From a bacterium (GTDB taxonomy: Bacteria; Patescibacteriota; Minisyncoccia; Phycocordibacterales; Phycocordibacteraceae), in assembly GCA_021802705.1 (NCBI GenBank), contig JAJZRL010000001.1, positions 20,379 to 84,378 of the forward strand: 64,000 bases of DNA, in the 5' to 3' direction. A model generated the notes under the pieces. The model saw nothing but the letters and a program-made list of their open reading frames with translations, was not told the DNA's origin and searched no databases. Positions 1 through 8,427 of the stretch are shown piece after piece; the stretch's first letter is position 1; every line of letters starts with the position of its first letter. Both the position numbers and the translations under genes were made by a program.

Positions 1-217
1 CAAGTCTGCCGACAGGTGTGCTTTTACCGCACCCGCGCTGGTCAAACAAAATGACGCGGTGTTTGCTCAAATCAAAACGCTCCGCATGGCGCGGCTTACT
101 CTTTGAACCGGGTCCGCCGTGGAAAGACAGGACTGCCGGTCCTTTCGGGTTGCCGTGTTCGGAGAAAGAAACTGTATGGCCGTCTTTTTCCGGTAGCGTA
201 TAGGTTTTTGCCGACAT
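1..217 (-). CDS. Proline iminopeptidase-like alpha/beta hydrolase, 5' part only; gene runs off the window start
   Basis: Own minus-strand translation from ATG at 217 (AGGA SD 9 nt upstream): MSAKTYTLPEKDGHTVSFSEHGNPKGPAVLSFHGGPGSKSKPRHAERFDLSKHRVILFDQRGCGKSTP. The HGGPG...ILFDQRGCGKS motif is typical of prolyl aminopeptidase N-termini. Not in the ORF track because it has no in-window stop. Confidence 0.55.
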   Translation of the reverse strand, partial: MSAKTYTLPEKDGHTVSFSEHGNPKGPAVLSFHGGPGSKSKPRHAERFDLSKHRVILFDQRGCGKSTPVGRL

Positions 218-276
218 AAACACATCCTAGCAGATTTCAGGCAGATTTTAGCCCTACCAGGACTTGATTCCCGTGA

Positions 277-350
277 TGGTGGACCTACGGGGAGTCGGAC
301 CCCGACCTCGTCCATGCCATGGACGCGTTCTACCGCTGAACTATAGGCCC
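277..350 (-). tRNA. tRNA-Ala (anticodon GGC), CCA encoded
   Basis: Minus-strand cloverleaf GGGCCTATAGTTCAGCGGTAGAACG...TTCGA...TAGGTCCACCA. Anticodon loop ATGGCAT, G3:U70 Ala identity pair. Confidence 0.8.
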
Positions 351-448
351 TTCTGCTTACAGCTAAGTTTACGCCTTCTCTTCGCGTTGCTCAAGGCAGA
401 CGGTCATAAGACAGGTGCACGAAAACCGTGTTTTTCGCCTGGTTGAAA

Positions 449-769
449 TTACTCTTCAGTTTGTTCCAGTACGATTTTATCGTTGAAGCCGCCGCGTTCA
501 TTGAGCTTCTTCTTGCGGATTTCCTCAATCCTTTCCTTAGAAAAATCTTTTTCCGAGATAATGGCATTGAGTACTTCCATTATGTCCGCAAGCTCCTCTT
601 CGTTGACGTCTTTTGCAAACTCGTCAACTTCTTCCTTCAGCTTGTCTATAAGCCGAGCAAAATACTCGTCGCCTTTAATCGTGTGCGTTACAGATTTTAT
701 ACCTTTCGCATCCAGTACCTGCGGTATCTTGTCTCGTACCAACTTATCGTAAGTTGTAATCTTTCCCAT
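449..769 (-). CDS. MazG/HisE-like nucleoside-triphosphate pyrophosphohydrolase (about 107 aa)
   Basis: MGKITTYDKLVRDKIPQVL...EELADIMEVLNAI resembles small all-alpha NTP-PPase (MazG-like) proteins. The track ORF start at 817 overlaps the tRNA; the internal Met at 769 is the likelier start. Confidence 0.45.
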   Translation of the reverse strand: MGKITTYDKLVRDKIPQVLDAKGIKSVTHTIKGDEYFARLIDKLKEEVDEFAKDVNEEELADIMEVLNAIISEKDFSKERIEEIRKKKLNERGGFNDKIVLEQTEE

Positions 770-781
770 AGAAGTTCCGAG

Positions 782-854
782 TGGACCATAGGAGAGTCGA
801 ACTCCTGACCTCGTCAATGCGAATGACGCGCTCTACCAACTGAGCTAATGGCCC
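782..854 (-). tRNA. tRNA-Ala (anticodon CGC)
   Basis: GGGCCATTAGCTCAGTTGGTAGAGCGCGTCATTCGCATTGACG...GGTTCGACTCTCCTATGGTCCA. Anticodon loop TTCGCAT, G3:U70. Confidence 0.8.
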
Positions 855-932
855 GCGAACATGGGCTATCGTAACATGAACGGGAAAGAAAAGGCAGAAC
901 CTGCCGGTCCTCCCTTTTCGCTCGGCCGACAA

Positions 933-1802
933 TCAACCGAGCAGTATTTCCTGAACGTGAGAGACAATCTCCTCAAGGTTGAAATTGACTTTTACCATGA
1001 AGCCTTGGGCGCCGAGGCTTAGAGCGCGATCGACGTCTTTCTGTTCCCCCAGATTAGACAGTATGGTAACGGGGATCGGGGCGAACCGCTCATCTTTCTT
1101 GAGTCTCGAAAGGATCTCGAAGCCATCGACATCGGGAAGAATGAGGTCGAGAAGGATCAGATTCGGTTTCCAATGTTCAAGGGTTTCGAAAACCCCTTTC
1201 GCATCAACAGCGCTTTTCACTTCGAGTCCGGCAGAAGCGAGTTTGCGCACGAAGAGCTCTCTCAAGAATTTGTCATCTTCGACGACGAGCACGCCCCGTC
1301 CCTTCAGTTTCTCATTGGCAACTGATGATTGTTGCACTGCTTGTTCACGAATGGTCGCATGAGGAGCGTCTGCGGTTTGCTCCACGGCTTTCGGCGTGTC
1401 GAGGGCTGCGCTATCCGCCGTTTTATCCTCTTTATCGAGAAGGGCCTGCACTTTTTCAATCACCTCTGCTGGATCAAAGACCGCCTTCACGAGGAAATCT
1501 CTCGCGCCGAGTTTCTTCGCGAGGTCTATCTCGACTGGCTGCCCGGAATTCGAAATGATGATGATGGGGATCCCTTTGAGCATAGGATCGGCATTCATCT
1601 CCTCCATCACCTCCATGCCGTTCTTACGCGGCATGAGGATATCGAGAAGGATGAGGTCAGGTTTTAATCCGCCCCGCAATTTCGTAAGCGCAACCTCCCC
1701 ATCTTCGGCACCTTCGGTCACGTATCCGCTTTTTGAAAGTTTCTCCAGTAAGACTTTGCGCAAAATCGCATCATCTTCGACGACAAGTATCTTCTGATTC
1801 AT
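933..1802 (-). CDS. Response regulator with two tandem receiver (REC) domains and no output domain
   Basis: Two CheY-like repeats (ILVVEDD...LILLDILMP... and VLVVEDD...LILLDLILPDVDG) with conserved Asp pockets. Directly downstream of the histidine kinase. Confidence 0.8.
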   Translation of the reverse strand: MNQKILVVEDDAILRKVLLEKLSKSGYVTEGAEDGEVALTKLRGGLKPDLILLDILMPRKNGMEVMEEMNADPMLKGIPIIIISNSGQPVEIDLAKKLGARDFLVKAVFDPAEVIEKVQALLDKEDKTADSAALDTPKAVEQTADAPHATIREQAVQQSSVANEKLKGRGVLVVEDDKFLRELFVRKLASAGLEVKSAVDAKGVFETLEHWKPNLILLDLILPDVDGFEILSRLKKDERFAPIPVTILSNLGEQKDVDRALSLGAQGFMVKVNFNLEEIVSHVQEILLG

Positions 1803-1881
1803 GGTGGCGTACTTATGTTTTACAGTAATACGAATAATCTCGAATAGCTATAGGAACGCGAAGCGGGGTGTGGACAGGCGA

Positions 1882-3693
1882 TCATACCTCGTCGAGGGAA
1901 GCATCATCCTTCGGGATGCGTCCCTCCTCAAGAGGAAGTTTGAGAGAAAATGTCGATCCGACCCCTTCTTTCGATTCGATCTCGAGCGATCCTCCGTGTC
2001 GCAACGCCACATTCTTCGCAAGGTAGAGCCCGAGGCCGGAACCGTCCGTTTGTGTCCGTAAAGCGTTGTCAGCGCGGAAAAATTTAGTAAAGAGCATGCC
2101 GACCTGTTCTTTCGGGACACCGATACCGGTATCGCTTACACGCATGTCGAGATATTCGCCTTGTGTGCGGATTTCTACGGTGACTTTCCCGCCTGGTAAC
2201 GTATATTTGACGGCATTATCGAGCAGGTTCTGCAACGCAAGCGTTATCTTGCTCGCATCGAACACGAATGGCGGTGGGGCCCCGTCAGGCGTTTCAACGC
2301 TGACGGATATCCTTCTCTCACGTGCCGGTGCAGCAACGGAATCAACGACGCTCTTTGCGACAGCCAGTATGTCATTCCGCTTGAATTCATATCCGAAGCG
2401 TCCTTCTTCGATGCGTGCGACGTTAAGCAGGTCGTTGACGAGTTGGATCATTCGCTCGTTGGTCTCATACCCATTGCGAAGCAGCTCCAGCTGAGGCGCA
2501 TTTAACGGCCCTTCGTCTCCGTTCATGACCATATGGAGCGTCCACTTGATTGCCGAAAGCGGCGTACGCAATTGGTGCGCCGCGATAGAAATGAACTCGC
2601 TCTTGCTTCTCGAGATACTTTTCTCACGGGTAACATCGCGCAAAAGCTTGACGAACCCTTGCTGCTTCCTCGTCGACAAATCGATAATCGGCGCCGTCGT
2701 GACTTGCAGGTCACGTTCAAGAGGATAAGAGATCGTAACCTCGTTTATCTCGGCATCTAGTTCCGTTGCCGTACGCTTGAGTTTTTTCGAGGCGGATGCG
2801 AGGGCGGGATAAGAAACGTCAATAAGCGCTTGCCAATGTTCCTTATCGATATTTTTAGGGAGAATTTCTTTCCCGATGACTTCCTTGCGGTTGATGCCGA
2901 GGAGTATTTCGGCAGCGCGGTTTATACGGCGAAGCACGAAGCCGTTGTCGTATTCGAGAAGACCATTCGTGAGATTCTCGATTATCGTTTCGATATGCGT
3001 TTTCGACCGGGCGATTTCTTGGGTTTTCTCCTCGACGCTTTTTTCAAGCTGTCTTGAGTATTCCTCGACGAGACGTCGGCGGTCTTCCTCTGTCTTGCGT
3101 ATGGTCGCGATCCGTTCCTCTTGCTCTCTCTCGCGCTGAATCTTCGCTTCTTGCAGGTCCTCTATCATGAGACGGAGACCGACAAAAAGCTCGGTGAACT
3201 CGTCTTCTTCAACAGGGATTTCCGGCGCTTTCGAAAAATCTCCCGTGGAAGTCTGCTGAAGGAAAGGGGTGAGTTCCGAAAGACGTTTTGCGGTATTCGT
3301 CTTATATTGTTCGAGCTTTTTTTCGTTTGAAATATCACGGAACACGAGGAGTCCGGCTTTGCCGTCTTCAAGCACGAGCGGACGCGCGGAGATGAATATC
3401 GGGAACCTGTTTCCGGAACGAGACGTGAGGTACGCGACTTTGCCGTGCGGTACGGTAAATATCTTGCCGAGGGAGAAAAGCGTGTGGGTTATGCTTTCTT
3501 CGGGTTTGAGAAATCCCGCATCGAACGCCAGCGTCAGCATGTCGTCGACATTCTTGCCGAGAAGATCATCGCTTGTGCAGTCGAGCAAAAGGCTCGCGTG
3601 CGGATTGACGAGCGTAATCGCGCCCTTGGCATCAAACAGTATGACCCCTTCCGCGACAAAAGAAAGGATGCCGCTGAGGATCGACTGTACCAT
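1882..3693 (-). CDS. Cytoplasmic sensor histidine kinase with PAS domains, HisKA + HATPase_c
   Basis: H-box AHQLRTPLSAI. N/G boxes LDNAVKYT...DTGIGVP...GSGLGL. PAS-like repeats in the N-terminal half. No TM segments seen. Confidence 0.85.
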   Translation of the reverse strand: MVQSILSGILSFVAEGVILFDAKGAITLVNPHASLLLDCTSDDLLGKNVDDMLTLAFDAGFLKPEESITHTLFSLGKIFTVPHGKVAYLTSRSGNRFPIFISARPLVLEDGKAGLLVFRDISNEKKLEQYKTNTAKRLSELTPFLQQTSTGDFSKAPEIPVEEDEFTELFVGLRLMIEDLQEAKIQREREQEERIATIRKTEEDRRRLVEEYSRQLEKSVEEKTQEIARSKTHIETIIENLTNGLLEYDNGFVLRRINRAAEILLGINRKEVIGKEILPKNIDKEHWQALIDVSYPALASASKKLKRTATELDAEINEVTISYPLERDLQVTTAPIIDLSTRKQQGFVKLLRDVTREKSISRSKSEFISIAAHQLRTPLSAIKWTLHMVMNGDEGPLNAPQLELLRNGYETNERMIQLVNDLLNVARIEEGRFGYEFKRNDILAVAKSVVDSVAAPARERRISVSVETPDGAPPPFVFDASKITLALQNLLDNAVKYTLPGGKVTVEIRTQGEYLDMRVSDTGIGVPKEQVGMLFTKFFRADNALRTQTDGSGLGLYLAKNVALRHGGSLEIESKEGVGSTFSLKLPLEEGRIPKDDASLDEV

Positions 3694-3720
3694 TCTCTCT
3701 GTATCTCCCGTTTTCCGGCC

Positions 3721-3909
3721 CTACTCCGAAGGTTCAGGGATGTCTTTTATCGCCGCACGACATTTCTGATCGATGTTGGACGGAATCGCAGGAAGATTAT
3801 GCTCGCTCGCTGCGTGGGCTGCCGCTTGCGCCATGATGTCTTCTACCGTTTCTCCGACAAACTTTACATCACAATCGACACCGATATCTTTACAAGTAAG
3901 TTGTTTCAT
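3721..3909 (-). CDS. DUF1059-family small protein
   Basis: MKQLTCKDIGVDCDVKFVGETVEDIMAQAAAHAASEHN matches the conserved DUF1059 pattern. Confidence 0.5.
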   Translation of the reverse strand: MKQLTCKDIGVDCDVKFVGETVEDIMAQAAAHAASEHNLPAIPSNIDQKCRAAIKDIPEPSE

Positions 3910-3932
3910 TTCTGTTCTATATTATTTAGATG

Positions 3933-4328
3933 TTAAGCCTCTTCATCGGCGCGAAGCCACTCGATCGCTTCACGCTCGGTCGCGAAAAAGCGTATATTTT
4001 TCTTTTGCGACGCGCCGATAACGAACGTCGCAAGGGTCCGGACGAACGTATTTCCGCCAAAAATAGCGGTTTTCTTGATGTTCGGATGCCGGAGGAAACC
4101 TGCCCACCGTTTCCGGGCTGCGGAAGAAAAATAGCTTGAGCGACGGATATCGATAAGCACCCTGTCAGCGTCTTTGCTGTCCAAGAATGACCTCCCTACC
4201 GTATCGATCCTCTCCGCTTCCTCGTCATCAATGGGAACGAGCAGTCGATAGACGACCATGCCGTTCTCGCACGCCACCTCGTTTTTCAGCGTACGAATGT
4301 CCTGCCGTTCTGTGACAGCGGAAGTCAT
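3933..4328 (-). CDS. STAS-domain protein (anti-sigma-factor-antagonist-like)
   Basis: Length and hydrophobic pattern (VLIDIRRSSYFSSAARKRWAGFL...IFGGNTFVRTLATFVIG) are like SpoIIAA/STAS. Placed immediately upstream of the HK-RR pair. Confidence 0.4.
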   Translation of the reverse strand: MTSAVTERQDIRTLKNEVACENGMVVYRLLVPIDDEEAERIDTVGRSFLDSKDADRVLIDIRRSSYFSSAARKRWAGFLRHPNIKKTAIFGGNTFVRTLATFVIGASQKKNIRFFATEREAIEWLRADEEA

Positions 4329-4421
4329 GAATGTGTCTGATACGGATAAACGCTGCTCACGATACTAACTATACACTACCCTTGATCACATTCTGTCCAT
4401 CGGCGGTAGTGGATAAAACGG

Positions 4422-4492
4422 TCGGGCCGCCGGGAATTGAACCCGGTCTACATCCACCCCATGGACGCGTACTACCGGCATACTCCGGCCCG
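4422..4492 (-). tRNA. tRNA-Pro (anticodon GGG)
   Basis: Hand-folded: C1:G72 acceptor (bacterial tRNA-Pro feature), anticodon stem CGTCC/GGATG, loop ATGGGGT, T-loop GGTTCAATTCC. Confidence 0.75.
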
Positions 4493-4512
4493 TTCCCGCG
4501 AGATACCCCCTG

Positions 4513-4583
4513 TCGGGCCGCCGGGAATTGAACCCGGTCTACACGCACCCGAAGCGTGCGTACTACCGGCATACTCCGGCCCG
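4513..4583 (-). tRNA. tRNA-Pro (anticodon CGG), tandem paralog
   Basis: Identical to the neighbouring tRNA-Pro outside the anticodon arm. Stem CACGC/GCGTG, loop TTCGGGT. Confidence 0.75.
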
Positions 4584-4727
4584 ACAGGGGGCACCTGACG
4601 GAACTCGCTAAACAAAACTAAGGATAACCATATCAAACTTCCTGCGTACAGGAAAGAAAATCGTTCACTTCAAAAAGAAAAGGGCGCCTGGTTCCATCGG
4701 CGGATTTGCCAGACGCCCTTAATGAAT

Positions 4728-5327
4728 TCAGGACAGGAGCGGCTTTCCTTCGACTTCATCCATCCAAACGCTCAAACCGAGCCCGACGACGAAGTTGAGG
4801 CTCGGAGCAACGCCTGAAACGTAAAATAACTTCCGAAGAAGAAGGTTCTCGAGCGGACGCCACAAAATGTACCCCTCGCCCTGCTGAGCATAGAAGAAGA
4901 TCGCCCGCGGTCTGCATCGAGTCCATTCTATCTGAGCGAACGAATGACGGATCTCATCACTCAGAATCATCGGCCTGATGGTGAGTCTCATCGACCACGA
5001 ATGTTTGAATACTTTGCGAAACGAGTTTTCGGTGAGCGTACTGATCTCGACGGTTTCTCTGAAGTTTCTATCGAAGGAGTCCAGCGGGACTCGCAACTCG
5101 AGCACGCTGCCTTGGTAGATCTCGTCGCAGAGAACGACAAGGCGGCGGGCGTACTTGAGAAAATCACTCGCTGTGATATTGCCGAATCTCTTCTTGAGTA
5201 CTGCATGGTAATTCCATTCGAGTCTTGCCACATTCAGAAGATACTGCGGAGCATCTTCGGTGCCGATCGATTCGTTGTCGGAAAACAGGCTTGCTGTCGC
5301 TGTCATAACTGGTCCCTCCTCAGTCAA
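4728..5327 (-). CDS. Hypothetical protein (199 aa), no recognisable domain; lies between tRNA-Pro pair and tRNA-Val
   Basis: Long ORF. The antisense ORF 4944..5480 is rejected. Composition appears less GC-rich than flanking genes. Confidence 0.35.
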   Translation of the reverse strand: MTEEGPVMTATASLFSDNESIGTEDAPQYLLNVARLEWNYHAVLKKRFGNITASDFLKYARRLVVLCDEIYQGSVLELRVPLDSFDRNFRETVEISTLTENSFRKVFKHSWSMRLTIRPMILSDEIRHSFAQIEWTRCRPRAIFFYAQQGEGYILWRPLENLLLRKLFYVSGVAPSLNFVVGLGLSVWMDEVEGKPLLS

Positions 5328-5465
5328 GGTACAATTTTACCTGAGCACGATGTTCAGGCTTTTGCAGCAAAGCATACATACGACAAAAATCAAGACGCAG
5401 AACGCGCCGCACGATGTGTTTGTCGAGCCTCGTCCGCGGCGGCGCGCGGCTCGGCCTTCTCAACA

Positions 5466-5542
5466 TGGTGCGCTCTATAGGATTCGAACCTATGACCTTT
5501 CGCGTGTGAAGCGAACGCTCTAACCAACTGAGCTAAGAGCGC
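5466..5542 (-). tRNA. tRNA-Val (anticodon CAC), CCA encoded
   Basis: GCGCTCTTAGCTCAGTTGGTTAGAGC...TTCACAC loop...GGTTCGAATCC...AGAGCGCACCA. Confidence 0.8.
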
Positions 5543-5733
5543 GTACACTGAGTACCATATCAGAAATCCAAGCAGATTCCCATATTTATTGGTTGAGCGA
5601 ACGACTGGCTACCCTTTCTTAATCTCTTCAAGGTCAGCAAGCAGACGACGCATGTCTTGTATGAGCTGTCCAAACGAAGAAAGGGATGTAAAAAGAACGC
5701 GCCCTGAGTGTTTCAGAGCGCGCTTATTTTAGT

Positions 5734-7134
5734 TTATCTTTGCGTCATATAGGCGATTGCATCGGCTGCACCGTAAGAACTATTCTCATCTTGCATGAGA
5801 TGACGTAAGAAACTGACATCGTCACCCATAGTGAAGATCGGCGGTTCATTCGGATTCCCGAGCCCTGCAGCTGAGAAAAGTCCGTTGCACAGACACCGAA
5901 CCCCTATAGTGTCTTCTGATTTTCCACCTTTGAGGAGATACGTATCGAGAGGTTCGCTCGAGCAACGGAAGCCAATCTTGCCGTCCTTTCGCTCATACGG
6001 AACAATTAAGATGGACAGGTCACATATCCGCGTGCGAGCGGCATACACTGTCGGGTCGGATTGCGTGCCCGGCAATTGCACCACCTTGAACGGAAATCCT
6101 GTCGGTGACGTGCTCGGATCCGTGCGAATGAAGAGTTCGCCACGATAGCCACGACGCCTCATCTCGGAACGGAACGCGGGCTGCACGCCGGAATCTTCGC
6201 TGAGTGCAAAGATAGAACCAGCCTGGACACCCTTCGCACCCAGTGCCTGTGCTTTCGCGAGACCTTCGGGCGAGGCGAACGACCCGCCAATCCAGAACGG
6301 GATGCCCAGGTCTCGAAGCTTTTGGAATGCCACCTCGTCTTTTGGGCCGTAGACAGACTGTCCGCTTTCATCGAACACTCCTTTCTCTCGAGGCGGTGCA
6401 TTGTGGCCTCCCGCAGTCGGTAGTTCGACAACGAACCCCTGAATACTGCCTCGCGACAAGCGTTTGACCATGAGCGATGCCAGCACGTCTGTCGAGACAA
6501 TAGGGAGAAATCCTGGCCGCTTGAGTTCAGGAAGCTTCGCTTTGAAGAAGGCGCTCGGATCGAAACTGACGGTCCCCGCCCCACTGCTTTTTCCCTCTAT
6601 CGAAACACGATAGATCGGCATGCCTCCTGCGGCAATCGCATCGAGAACACTCGGTATCTGAAGCGTTATTCCCGCCCCCATCGTCACGAAATCAACGTTA
6701 GCAAGCATCGCTCCAGTGATATGGTAGATGTGAGGAATCTGGATTTTCTCCAAGTAATTCACGCTGACCGGATTCTCGTGCCCTTCTTTGGCAAGCCACA
6801 CGAACGCAAAACTTGCCGCTACCGTAAGCGCAATCAGGTCAGCGCGCGGTTGCATGCTAAATGCTGGCACCACCTTGAATTCTTGATCGGCGGAAATACC
6901 ACCCTCGACGAAGTACTTTTTAATGATACGTTCGGCTATGCCCGGGAACGGGAAGTGCGCGAGCGCACGTCGGTAGTCACCGCCTGGATCTCCAGACTGG
7001 AGAATTCTGGCTAGCAAACGTTCGGCGCCGACGCAAGAGACCGTGCCGAGCGCGCCATGACAAGAGCATACTTTGGCGAGAAAAGGAGTCGATATGTAGA
7101 CCCCCATCCCTCCCTGGATGATTGATCGATTCAT
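5734..7134 (-). CDS. Nitronate monooxygenase (2-nitropropane dioxygenase/FabK-like) family flavoprotein, long form
   Basis: N-terminal IIQGGMGVYIS...AKVCSCHGALGTVS motif of the NMO family. TIM-barrel-like spacing. Confidence 0.65.
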   Translation of the reverse strand: MNRSIIQGGMGVYISTPFLAKVCSCHGALGTVSCVGAERLLARILQSGDPGGDYRRALAHFPFPGIAERIIKKYFVEGGISADQEFKVVPAFSMQPRADLIALTVAASFAFVWLAKEGHENPVSVNYLEKIQIPHIYHITGAMLANVDFVTMGAGITLQIPSVLDAIAAGGMPIYRVSIEGKSSGAGTVSFDPSAFFKAKLPELKRPGFLPIVSTDVLASLMVKRLSRGSIQGFVVELPTAGGHNAPPREKGVFDESGQSVYGPKDEVAFQKLRDLGIPFWIGGSFASPEGLAKAQALGAKGVQAGSIFALSEDSGVQPAFRSEMRRRGYRGELFIRTDPSTSPTGFPFKVVQLPGTQSDPTVYAARTRICDLSILIVPYERKDGKIGFRCSSEPLDTYLLKGGKSEDTIGVRCLCNGLFSAAGLGNPNEPPIFTMGDDVSFLRHLMQDENSSYGAADAIAYMTQR

Positions 7135-7287
7135 GAGACTCTCCTTATCAAGGAACTGGTTGACGTTTTGACAGATACAACTGCCTCTCGCTAGATCCTA
7201 ACAAGATTTGACGAAAAAAACAGCAGACAACGTTTCGTTTGAGCGCACAAAACGGGACGTGGAGAAACATGCAATGTATACCGAGTG

Positions 7288-7360
7288 TGGACCCAAGGAG
7301 ATTCGAACTCCTGACCCCCTCATTGCAAATGAGGTGCTCTACCAACTGAGCTATGGGCCC
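7288..7360 (-). tRNA. tRNA-Ala (anticodon TGC)
   Basis: GGGCCCATAGCTCAGTTGGTAGAGC...loop TTTGCAA...GGTTCGAATCTCCTTGGGTCCA. G3:U70. Confidence 0.8.
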
Positions 7361-7449
7361 GCCAAAGCTCTCTCAGGCCTATCACCTGAAATTGCTGCGG
7401 TGGACGGTACTATACCATCCTAAGCAAAAATTTTTAAGCTGGTCTCGAG

Positions 7450-8412
7450 CTATCTCCGAAGTGCGAGGTCGACGAGGTGGGAGAGAAAATCAGGAAACGA
7501 TATACCGACCGCGGCAAGAGATTTCGGCAAGAGTGACTCGTTCGCGAGCGCCGGAAGAGCGTTCGTTTCGAGATAGTACGCTCCTCGGGGCGTGAGGATG
7601 AAATCCGAGCGCGAATAATGCCGCAGGCCAAGTGTGCGATGTATCGCTTTCGCGGCGCTCTGAAGTTCTTCCGTTACGGTACGCGAAAAGTTTCCGGGAC
7701 ATCGCTCGCGCGTCATGCCGGAATATTTCATCTCATAGGAAAGGAAGTCGCCATACGGAGACAGTATTTCGACCGTTGGGAGCGCGTAGAGCGTCTCGCC
7801 ACGGAACTTTTCGATGATACCGACCGTGGCTTCCCGTCCTCGGACGTACTCTTCGACAAGAACGCCGGCTGCTCCTGTCGCCATAAGCTGCTCGATGGCC
7901 GCGAATATCGGGGCATACCCGCCAACGATAGAAACGCCGATGGATGAACCCCAGCCGACGGGCTTGACAACGACTGGCTGAGAGAAGGTACGGATCACCT
8001 CGCGAACGACCGCTTCGCAGTCTGTTTTCCGCTCGACGTAACGGAACTTCGGTACAAGCAGCCCTATCTCCTGCGCTCGCGTCTTCGAGAGGAGCTTATG
8101 CATGGCGAAATAAGAACCGAAAGAAGTCGTGCCTGCATAGGGGATTCCGAAACAACCGAGGAGCCTCTGTATCTCTCCACCTTCGCCGTATTCGCCGTGA
8201 AGCCCGACAAGGGCGACATCAATCTGACGCAGCGCGCGGCTCGGCGTCGTCGGACGCCCGCGGTCGTGCCACTTTCCCTCTCTATCGATATAAATATCGC
8301 GTCCGACGAACCGTTCCTCCGGAAGATTCGCGAGCACAGCCGCTCCCGTACGGAGAGAAACATCGTGTTCGCGCGATGGACCGCCTCGCAGTACTCCTAC
8401 GATGGTGTGCAT
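7450..8412 (-). CDS. ddl: D-alanine--D-alanine ligase
   Basis: GGPSREHDVSL, HGEYGEGGEIQRLLG, KPVGWGSSIGV, YLETNALPA motifs of the ATP-grasp Ddl family. Confidence 0.85.
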   Translation of the reverse strand: MHTIVGVLRGGPSREHDVSLRTGAAVLANLPEERFVGRDIYIDREGKWHDRGRPTTPSRALRQIDVALVGLHGEYGEGGEIQRLLGCFGIPYAGTTSFGSYFAMHKLLSKTRAQEIGLLVPKFRYVERKTDCEAVVREVIRTFSQPVVVKPVGWGSSIGVSIVGGYAPIFAAIEQLMATGAAGVLVEEYVRGREATVGIIEKFRGETLYALPTVEILSPYGDFLSYEMKYSGMTRERCPGNFSRTVTEELQSAAKAIHRTLGLRHYSRSDFILTPRGAYYLETNALPALANESLLPKSLAAVGISFPDFLSHLVDLALRR

Positions 8413-8427
8413 GTGAGGTAGTATACC

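Noticed and set aside
1-276. Hairpin-containing leader region initially considered a possible ncRNA (SRP/6S-like)
   Set aside because: Minus-strand translation gives a clear proline-iminopeptidase N-terminus (HGGPG...ILFDQRGCGKS), so it is protein-coding.
4331-4572. ORFs 4331..4531 (+) and 4369..4572 (-) plus an apparent 71-nt direct repeat
   Set aside because: The repeat units fold as two tRNA-Pro genes. The ORFs merely overlap them. Not a CRISPR array or MITE.
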